This document shows positions 54,441 to 64,000 of a stretch of DNA of 64,000 bases, piece by piece. This DNA comes from Vicugna vicugna (lineage: Eukaryota). Made by a program: the position numbers and the translations under genes. Position 1 is the stretch's first letter; each line of letters opens with the position of its first letter. Under the pieces are notes generated by a model that made no database searches, was not told the origin of the DNA, and worked only from the letters and a program-made list of their open reading frames with translations. The DNA lies in the NCBI GenBank assembly GCA_013265495.1, contig MU058059.1, positions 1,649,502 through 1,713,501 on the forward strand. The letters run 5' to 3'.

Positions 54441-54942
54441 TTTTTTTAAGATTTAAATGTATTATTTAATATTATATCTAAGATTCATTAAAGTATCTTG
54501 TTTGTTTTTTTCTCTTCTTTTTTTTACATTTTTTATTGAGTTATAATCATTTTACAATTTTGTGTCAAATCCAGTGTAGAGCACAATTTTTCAGTTACAC
54601 ATGAACATACATATATTCATTGTCACATTTTTTTCCTCTGTGAGCTACCACAAGATCTTGTATATATTTCCCTGTGCTATACAGTATAATCTTGTTTATC
54701 TAGTCTACATATTGAAATCCCAGTCTGTCCCTTCCCACCCCCTGCCCCCTTGGCAACCACAAGTTTGTAGTCTATGTCTATGAGTCTGTTTCTATGTCGT
54801 ATTTATGGTTTTTTTTTTTTTTNNNNNNNNNNNNNNNNNNNNNNNTCACTTAGAATTCTCCAGCAACATCTATGTTGCTGCAAATGGCGTTATGTTGTTG
54901 GTTTTTATGGCTGAATAGTATTCCATTGTATAAATATACCAC
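54441..54942 (-). mobile_element. Young 5'-truncated L1 (54526-54942) with a 3' transduction of about 50 bp
   Basis: Perfect TSD agaagatgagcagtttt at 54424-54440 and 54943-54959; two T tails; minus-strand ATTAAA at 54465-54470. Confidence 0.85.
54823..54845. other. Assembly gap (23 N)
   Basis: Run of N inside the L1. Confidence 1.
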
Positions 54943-55945
54943 AGAAGATGAGCAGTTTTGAGGGGATGGGAATCCACTTTTTTCCCATAACTTTGAGAGG
55001 CCCAAGGCAATTATATATGAATCTGAATCTCAGTAGAAACGTGAAGTCTAGAGGTATGTATTTGAAATTGACAACATAATGAGTTTAAGGCTATGGGACT
55101 GGGTGACATCTCTTAAAGATGTAGATACAGAAAAGCAAAGGGCCTAGGATCAAAGCTTATGCCAGGTGGCTCCAATACAAAAAACTCAAGCAAAAGAAGA
55201 AAAGCGAGTAAAGAAGACTGAGAAGGTGAACCTAGAGATTGTTACCAGCTTTCTCAAGAGGGAGCAGAGATGATTACCAGTTTGAATGCCAGTGAGTGAG
55301 TGAATAAGATAACAGAGAAGTGTCTGTTGGATTTGCAATGTGGTGGTCATTGCTGACAGTTTGAGTGGAGTGGTGGAGGTGGAAACCTAAGAGAACAGCA
55401 TTAAAAAGAGAAACAGGAGAGAAAGTAGAATGGCTGTTATAGACAGTTCTTCCGTATTCTAAGATGTGCTATGCTCCCTCCCAACTTGAGGCCATTACAC
55501 ACTCTATTTATTCTGCCTGGTATTCTTTTCCTCTTTACTGCACCCTCCCCCACCACAACATTGGTCCTTGTTAACTCATCCACATACTTTGAATCTCAGC
55601 TCATACATCACTTCCTTAGAAAGGACTTTCCTGATTATTCCAGCCTATCTGCTTAGAAGAGGTCTTCCTGTCGCAATTTTCTTTCATAGCACATTTTGTA
55701 ATCATATACTTACGTTCATGTGTATGTCCAGGCACACACACGCGACACGTGCCAGTCAGCCAGCTCCATAAAGGTGGGATGACTTCACTTTGGCTCATTA
55801 TTGTACCCCTAGTATGTAGCCCAATGTATAGCTCATGGTAGTTGCTCAGCATTCAGCTCATTTGTTGAATCGATGAATACATTTAATTATATTTTAATAC
55901 CTTGGATGAATGATGTGGTCTTGTGGTGGCTTATTTTTTTTGTAG

Positions 55946-56091
55946 TTCATTGTTTACATGTGATGTTTGGCAGCCATTCATGAAGTAATATATAGCTCTA
56001 TCAGGAACACTTTGATTAATAACTAATAAGCATTTTGGCCTGAAACAGCTGTTGAACATTTGGCCTGAACATCTTTTGCAACAGATTCTTG
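55946..56091 (+). other. Candidate exon downstream of CpG island 2
   Basis: Acceptor tttttttttgtag| in a non-repeat patch; weak donor TTG|gtgaag; no open frame of note. Confidence 0.2.
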
Positions 56092-56189
56092 GTGAAGTGC
56101 TTCATAAGTCAATTTAGTTTTGATGTTGGGGAGGTATGTGCTGTTCCCAAAGGCTAACAAAAAGCTGGTCTGAAGGTTTGTGTTTCTTA

Positions 56190-56375
56190 TTATTTATTAG
56201 CTGGGTCACATTGGGAGACCCCTTAAACTCTCTGCTCTCAGTGTCTTTATCTATAAAATGGAGGTCATTGCCCTTGTTTTGCCCACCAAGTAGGGCTGTT
56301 GTAGTCAAGTGAAATAAAATATTTGAGAATTCTTTGAAAATTCTAAAGCACTATGAAAATCTAAAGTATTACTAC
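56190..56375 (+). mobile_element. MIR
   Basis: 'ctctctgctctcagtgtctttatctataaaatgga...gggctgttgt'. Confidence 0.7.
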
Positions 56376-56977
56376 CATTATGACTCCTTTTCAATACAAC
56401 TCTTATTACCAAAATGAAAAGAGGAAAATACCCTCTCTTGCTTTCCTCCCTTTTAAACTGAATATCCTCTGAACGGAACTTACAGTAAGAGTAGATGGCA
56501 TTAAACCTTTTATCACTTGTTCAGGAGCCAAGCTCTCTAATATTTTTATTTGGATCCTGTTTGTACTATAATGCATTATCTGTTCCCTTTGTTCGTTTAC
56601 CTCTCATGGGAAGAAAACAAGTCATTTGTGGACTTGAAATCTGTAGGCATTGCCCAGATATAGAGAATCTAAAAACATGAAACTTTAAAGAAAATAAAAA
56701 ACAAAAAACATGAAACTTGAGATGTTTCTTCAAGGTGCTGTGGGATTTGAGGTGAAGAATTTGAGAAAGACCAATATTCCACCAAAAAGAATCTGTAAAT
56801 ATGAAAATGCCATTGTGCTACAAGAAATCTTTCTAATTTATCTACATAATATGTATGGTAAATTTAGAGTGATTTTCACAAACCATACAGAAGAATCCAT
56901 TTCCTTACTTTATAACTGTCCATTTCTAAATGTGTGTGTATATATACTAATATCATACTTAGTGCAGTGATTGATTT

Positions 56978-57280
56978 CTTTATAAAAAGGGGAAATCTGA
57001 AGAATGACATGTACACAGGGAAAAATAAAACTTGTGACGATGAAAGCAGAGATCAGGGTAATGAATCTACAAGTCATAGAATGACAAGATGGCTAGCAAA
57101 CTGCCAGAAGCTAGCAGGAGGCATGAATGAATTCTCCCTCGCAGCCCTCAGAAGGAACCAACCCTGCTAGGAAACTTGACCCAGGAATTCTGGCCTCTGG
57201 AACCATAAGACAATACATTTCTACTGTTTAAGTCATTCAGTTTGTGGTACTTGTTACAGCAGCCCTAGCAAAGTAATGCA
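56978..57280 (+). mobile_element. MLT1B-like LTR, 3' two thirds
   Basis: 'cagccctcagaaggaaccaaccctgct...tgttacagcagccctagcaaagtaatgca'. Confidence 0.8.
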
Positions 57281-59324
57281 CTTCCCCCTGGAAAGTGAGT
57301 GAGAGCAGCCAGATAGATCCCAGAGGGCCACGACATAGGCAGGGACGCCAAGAACATTCTCCTGTGCTTTCTCTCTTTGGCCACTATTGAAAACCTGCTT
57401 ACCTTCCAGGTCTAGTCCAAAAGCCATTTCTGCCACCAAGACTTTGCCAGTCTTCTGGTCAGAAGCAATTGCTTCCCCTTTTGTGCTCACAATAGAGAGA
57501 GGCAAGCATGTTTCCCTATTCATCCTTTCCCTCTAAAACTCACTCTGCCAGTGAAGCTAGCTTATCTCATTTAAGAATCACTCTTATATCCTAGTTAAGT
57601 TTTCACCCATGTCCCCTACCCATTCAATTCTAAGGGCTTTGAGAGCAAAGGATGTCTTACTGATTTGAGGTGTGTCAGTTCCATCCCCTACCAGCCAGTG
57701 CTTACCTGGCACATACAATGGATGCTTGGTAAACATTTGAGAACTTGAACTGCTTTTACTATCACTATTTCTTCATCTTAACTGCACTGTGAGAGACCCT
57801 TTCAGAGAGGGAGGAACTAAAGGTAGTTGGATGACTAAAGGTAAGTACCTAAAATATGTTTTTTTAGTTGAGGTTTGTGAAAAGGGAACTTGTGGCCAAA
57901 ATACTGCCAAGGGATATTAGGGAGTTCAAGGCACAGAGCCAAGCAAACTGATTTTGTCCAGTTGAGGTGGAGGGTGGGATGGAATTTATAGGCTGGAGAG
58001 CACTTCAGGCTGGAAGTCTGAAGGCTGGTCAGGTTGGGAATTGTGGCTGTCTCAGTGAGAAGGAAGGTAAGGTTACAGAGCCAAAACAGATGAGAGCTGA
58101 GGGTTGTCTGGGTGTGGGGGAAGTGAAGATGGAAACGACAGGGGAACTACAGGGCGTCCAGATACGGGTTAGGGGGAGGACCTGGGACTACAACAGGAGT
58201 GAACCTGAGGACTGGATACCAGTAGGTTTGATGACAGCATTTTCTAAACCAAAAGTCAGAACATGTGATACATACAAATGAATGTATCTGGACAATAATA
58301 CAGCATATTTGAAACTGGAGTGATTCAAGAAAATGTACCATATTGGTTGCTGTCATTATAGAAATAATCATTGGAGTAAGCCTGAGGTGATGGTCTTTTC
58401 TTTCTCCTAGTTTTTGTCATCCTTTCCCTTTGTCTACCCTGAATACTGAACTGAAGTACATGTTTATTATATTTTTGTCTTAAGAGTGGGAGAATTGATT
58501 TTGTATTTCTTTTTCTTAAAATGTTGATTGAATTATTGGTTGTTTATAGTTCTCAATGGATTTTTCCCCACTGCTTAAAAATTTCCCCTTTGCTCTAATA
58601 TTTTCTTACAAGACAACTTATATTCCCTTTTTTAATTCCCAAGATCAAGAGAATTTCTCCTTTGCTTGGGGATACCTTATATCTGTCTTAATGGCTTAAA
58701 GAATTTTGTTCACCTCTTCCATTCTTGTAACATCTACATGACTAGGACTTGCAAAGACATTTTTTTCATTGAGTACTCCCACACAGCAGAAGAACACCCC
58801 TATCACTAATCCCTTGCATTTAAATGAACTTCAATGTATTTTTATCTTTAGGCAGTGCTAGTTATCAGGGGTATGGGATGCAGTTGATGAGAGGAGTATG
58901 GTTTAGCCACAAAGTACAAGAACCGTCCTTATCGTTGGGCCATTTTCTCAAATTAATTGCTAACCACAAGAGTAAATTATATAGCAATATAACTTTGTCT
59001 CTGATGTGATCTGCCTTCAAGTGTACAGACTATAGTCAGGTTACATTTTACAAAGGTTCTGCTATGGCATCGTTGCTGGCTTTCACATATGTCTCCTTTA
59101 GGCATCTACTGGAAGTGGGCTTACGTTTCCACCTGTGAACCCCCAAAATTCTGTCTGTGGGCAGTACTCCTCTGAAGAGGGAAGAGTCAACCATACCTCT
59201 TAGATTTCTAGCTTGGATGGCTAGGTGGATGCTTATACCATTAAACGAAGCAGAGAACACTTGCTGATTATTAAACAAAGCAATATTTTCAGCTTTCAAA
59301 TTTGGACATGAAGGTTAATCTTGT

Positions 59325-59633
59325 ATAGAATTGTCCTATATAAATATAATGCAGGCCACACTTGTGAGCCATGCACGTAATTTTAAGTTTTCTAGAAGCC
59401 ACAGTAAGTAAAAAGCAATAGGTGAAATTAATTTTAATAATATATTTAACCCAATCTATTCAAAATGTTATAATTTAAACTTGTAACTGGTATAAAAATG
59501 CTCATTTAACATTTTATTTTCACGTGAAGTCTTCAAAATCCAGTGTGTGCTTTATGCTTACTGCAGTTCTTAAACATCCTAGTCACACATCGAATGCTCA
59601 CTGGTCACACATGGCACCATATTGGACAGTGCA
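59325..59633. mobile_element. MER33-like hAT-Charlie element
   Basis: 'tgtcctata..aatataatgcaggccacac...ccatattggacagtgca'. Confidence 0.8.
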
Positions 59634-59949
59634 CCTGTCAAGCATCCTAATACACTTAGATAAGAGCGTTCTTTTTCATGTAAGAGCCACATAGCTCCTG
59701 GAAGTTGACTAATTAACTGGTTAAGATAAATACTGCAGTGTAGCTCAGAAAGAAGCCATGAAGCTTAACAAGAGAACATATCAGGAGATGTGACACCTGT
59801 TTTGGGTTCTAATGCTAAAAGTTGTGTGATCTTTGGTAAGTCAGTTTTTCTGCCCCAGAGTAAATCTAAGATCAGGGCTCTGTACAGTTTAATATCCGTA
59901 AGTCAGCGAACTGCCTACGCTGTGCTGCAACCACAGTTGTAGTGATCGT

Positions 59950-60190
59950 AGTGGTAGTGAAATGGCAAAACTTCTGTTGTGTGCCAGGCACTGTGTTAGA
60001 TACTTCACACATATTGACGAATCTAATTATTACAACAGCCCTATGCAGTAGATTGTCTTCTCATGTTCATTTCATAGATGGAGAAACTAAAGTACAGAGA
60101 GGTTATCTAAACAGATAACAGAGTTGGCAGTTTGCAGATTTAGATTTAAAATGCAGATATTCTGGTACTCGGGTCCATACCTTTAACCAC
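59950..60190 (-). mobile_element. MIR
   Basis: 'tgtgccaggcactgtgttag...catttcatagatggagaaactaaagtacagagagg'. Confidence 0.8.
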
Positions 60191-60564
60191 TGCAATATTG
60201 TTTTCTTAAAAAGTAGTAAATAAATAAGCTGTTATTTTCTTTCAAACACCACAATTTTTTTTCAAACTCAAAAATAATTTCAAAGCCACACTGAGACTTT
60301 TGGAGTCAGCCTGAGTAGCACAGGTAATATCCTGTGTACATACTCATTTTTAAAAAGCCACTTTTAATTGTGAAGAAAGTAGAATGATAATTAGTTGCCT
60401 TCTCTTTCCTTGTAGTAGCCCTTAAGTCAAGCTCCTTTCAACACTATAGAAAACAACAAAGGGCCAATAGGTATAGAGATATGAAATTGGACATTTCTGA
60501 ATAAATAGAGATGTCTGTCTTCTCTAAGAGTAAAAACAAAACTAACCAAAAAAAAACAAAAACC

Positions 60565-60593
60565 CAACAACAACAACAACAACAACAACAACA
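60565..60593. repeat. (CAA)n
   Basis: Direct reading. Confidence 0.9.
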
Positions 60594-60638
60594 AAACTGG
60601 ACCAATCCCTCGCTTCCTAGATGAGAGTGAGGCACAGC

Positions 60639-61536
60639 TAGTGGTGTGCTGATGACTGACAGCTGTCTCTCTGGAGGAGAATGGGTGTGTTCTACATTAA
60701 AGTTTATTATAAATTTTATATATATGGTGTTTACCACACAATTTATAAATAATAATAAATATACTATGCCTTATTGTAAACTCCATACAGCCAACTGATC
60801 CTCATAAAATGCTTTTAATGATTTTTGGGGGGTGCTGAACCCTTCCTTATATCTCTTGGTAACCTATGGTAGCAATTGATGAATGAGTATAGTTTGGACT
60901 TGAATGTTGGCTATTATTTGCATTTATGTTAACCAGCAAGGCAGCAGTGAAACAGTCAAGACATGGGTTGGAACTTCACGCTTGTAGATGACATGAGTTA
61001 CTTTGCTGAATCAGAGAATGGTTTTTGAATAATAGAAGCATATTTATTTCCTCATTTATTTGTGTTACTTACAATGTAATGGCTATGGATACTGCGTACT
61101 TTTAAGATTAATCTATATCATGAACACTTTCTTCTTCACTCTTTTAATTCTAGGCAATCAACACAACAGTTAAGCCCTCTTTTACAGTATTTTGCTGATT
61201 CCCTTGGTGTAAATACCCCTCCCCAAGGCCACTTCCAAGCTATAGACATCATGTCACTGAAAGGAGAATTGTGAAGAGATTCACAGTAGCACACCGTTAA
61301 CGTTGTTTTTCCACCATAGAGGAACACTAGATGTAAATAGCCTTAAAGGCATAAAAAATAGTAAGATGTAACAAAATAATTAGAAAGCATTTCTTATTTT
61401 TGTTTAAGTATTTAATTGTAAATTTATACAATTCAATTTTAAGAACAGCTGTGACTAGCAATTGGCTCACAAATTTCCTAAAAATGTAATAATTGTCTTT
61501 TGTGAGCCAGTACAAATCAGCTCCAGCACACCTCTG
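60639..61536. mobile_element. MER63-like hAT-Blackjack element, both ends present
   Basis: Terminal inverted repeats tagtggtgtgctg and cagcacacctctg; internal 'ggtgtaaatacccctccc...ttccaagcta'. Confidence 0.8.
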
Positions 61537-64000
61537 GCACAATTATGGGGGTCTTACACGCAGAATTAGGAGGGGGTGTGTGTGGGAAATCACATCCCCC
61601 AGCTGAGAATCAGGAGAGATTGAAAACCACCATGAGGTTGTACAGCTTGGAAAAATGATAGGGGACAGGAGCTGTGGAAGCATAGGAAAGTACAGCCCAT
61701 GTAGCACACTCATCAGAAACCAGTCCTTGCCGCTCTTTACCAGAATCTTGATTTTAATAACCAGTCAGGATCCATGCAGAGGGGCATATTTAACTTAGGT
61801 TTTTATGGAAACATCAAAAGCATTTGTTGGAAATGACTAAACCCATGCTCTGTAATAAGACCTCTTACAATTTAGAACATGTAAAAGTAACTATAAAGGA
61901 AGCAGAGTGTGTTTTTATGCAAGTGTCTGTTTCTTCCTTGCCGAGGAATTATGACAGTGCTTTCTATTGTGATTGAATGGCCTTGCTGGCCCCAGCCACC
62001 TCTTCTGCTACATGCCAGATTGTTGCCATAAGAACTTGGAATCTGTTCTGTCCTGAGTTGTCTGCTTCTTGCTTCAAGGTTCTGGGTACAAAGCAAAGCC
62101 ATTTCTTATGGCTTTTTGCCCAAAGCCTATCCTGAATCGTGGGACTTGTCTTGTCTGCCCTAGGAGTGCATGCAAGGCTGCAGCTCTTGCAGCTTTCCTG
62201 AGGCTGCTCCATGTGGACAGTGTCTCTGTGCCTGGGATTTCCCTGGGGGATGAGCCACCTTCTACACTGCATATGGGTTTTCTCAGTGTCTCATTTTAAG
62301 GTGTTTTGGAAGAAAATCCCTTCTTGACTGGGTTTTTTTCTGAAAACAGATCCTCCATCTCTGGGAAATATCCTGGGCAGCACCAATGAACATGCTGTGT
62401 GAACCTTGCCCATCTCCCTAGCACATAAAATACAAATGCCTGGGATCATGTCACTTCTGATATCATGTGAGGTTTATTGGGTCAAGAAAACTGCCACAGT
62501 GAATCAGACTTTGCAGCTATCCAACTCATTTTTTGACTTCTTTTGGAGTGAGATTGAGTAATGGTCTATGATGGTTTCAATATTAAAAAAAAAAACCAAA
62601 AACAAAAACAGATAGACTTCATTCTGTTCCCTCTCAGTATTTGCATTTCTTGGCTGGTTTATCATATAAATATTTCTTTTCATAAAGCATCTTCCTCAAC
62701 CTAGTGATTGCGTAGATTGTCCTTTATTGAGCTTTCCAGTTGTTTTTCTCAGTCAGCATCATATTTCTGCAGTATAACTAGCTCTTCTGGCCCTAGGCTT
62801 TGTCTATTCTCACTTTAGCCCCCACAGGCCCCATTTATAAGCATGAAACATATTTATTCATAAAATGTCAAGATCAATCATATGCAAAATTATAGGGCAG
62901 AAAACTCCTAGCTTCAGTGCCTCACCTTATAGCATCCCTCCATGATACGGTTTTAAGGCAGACATTTTATCGCATTCATCTTCATACGGTGGGTTTTACA
63001 TTTTGAATGCAGCCACAAGTCAGATGTGCAAAAAGTGTACCTTTACTCATCTATCCTTGAACTCAAGTCTGTTCTACTACTTCAGGGACACTTAGTGTCT
63101 TCTGAGTCAAAGACATCTTTTTTAGGAAATTATTAATTTCAGGATTTAAGCTCAGTCCATTAACATTACAGCTTCTCATCATGGTTCTTGTCCTCTGTGG
63201 TGAAAATACCCTGGTGCTCCTCCTCCTCCTCTGTGATCCTGAGATTGTGTCTGGGAACAGGAGACATTGCGTAATTTTAGGGGGCTTTTGTGCTGTCCTC
63301 CAGACTGTGCTCATCTGCTTTTCCCTTTGGTAGGGGGGTAGAGGGGCTGTCTGTGTTGCCCCACTGCTGGTGGAGCTCTGTATTCACTCTGTCCACACAG
63401 GCAGTGCACGTTGGGAGCTCCAGACATTTTCCCATGCTTGTTCACACCCCACCTCCAATCTTGCTGGCCCTGGGATCTCCTGTGGCCTGGCTACACCTAC
63501 TCTTTGACTCCCCAGGTTGGGCTGTCAACCCTGAGGCCCTCTGCCACATGCTCTTTTCATCTCAGCTGTAGTGGTTCCTCTCAGAGCTTGCTGGTCAGTT
63601 CTCACTGGGGAACATGGGAGATTATTGATCTCCTCCGTGCCCTCTATGATGGTGTCTGGGAGGTGTGGATTGCCTCCAGTCCTCCACAGGATTGCCTCAT
63701 CCCGGAGTCTCAGGTGGGAATGGCACATAAGCTTCTCTGTCCTCCAGGACTCAAGCCTATCGCTCATACTGCCCTGCATCCCAGGGATTTAACCCAGAAA
63801 GGGGCAGATGGGATAGCCCCTCTTGAGTATAGTTCTCTTTTCTCTGCCGTCTCTCCCAAGCTGTGCAAATTTGAAGTCCCCTTTGTGTGGAAGCAATGCT
63901 GCCCTTCTAACGTCACGGTCTGTAGCCTTACTCATCATGGTTTAAAAATCTCCACATTCAGTCTCCCAGGCTTTGGTTTTGAGATTAATGGGGAGGTTTT

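Larger units (their letters stand above)
52330..55880. mobile_element. Nested L2 cluster: + strand L2 (about 52330-53030 and 55460-55880) containing a - strand L2 (about 53040-55450)
   Basis: L2-like sequence in both orientations; + strand 3' terminus 'tttgttgaatcgatgaa' near 55870; - strand terminus near 53040. Confidence 0.65.

Overview
Mammalian genomic DNA with no protein-coding gene I can recognise; the ORF track is largely explained by chance ORFs, microsatellites and decayed L1/ERVL fragments. The lineage is probably laurasiatherian and possibly camelid. That is an inference from the L1 3' UTR types and the lack of any recognisable young tRNA-derived SINE. The window holds two CpG-island promoters (about 15.9-16.85 kb and 48.6-49.2 kb), each with + strand first-exon splice donors but no identifiable CDS. 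It also carries many old repeats (L2, MIR, MLT1, MER2B, Charlie2, MER33, MER63, a decayed ERVL gag-pro-pol segment) and young, TSD-flanked L1 insertions. The best-supported unusual observations concern L1 mechanics: two independent 3' transductions by the same young subfamily, a 35-bp ultra-truncated copy of that subfamily, a twin-primed L1 missing about 2 kb, and an L1 whose inter-ORF region is fused to the end of ORF2 (possible half-L1/HAL1-like derivative). I found no solid evidence for a new multi-gene system. Repeat family names come from recalled consensus similarity, not from a database search.
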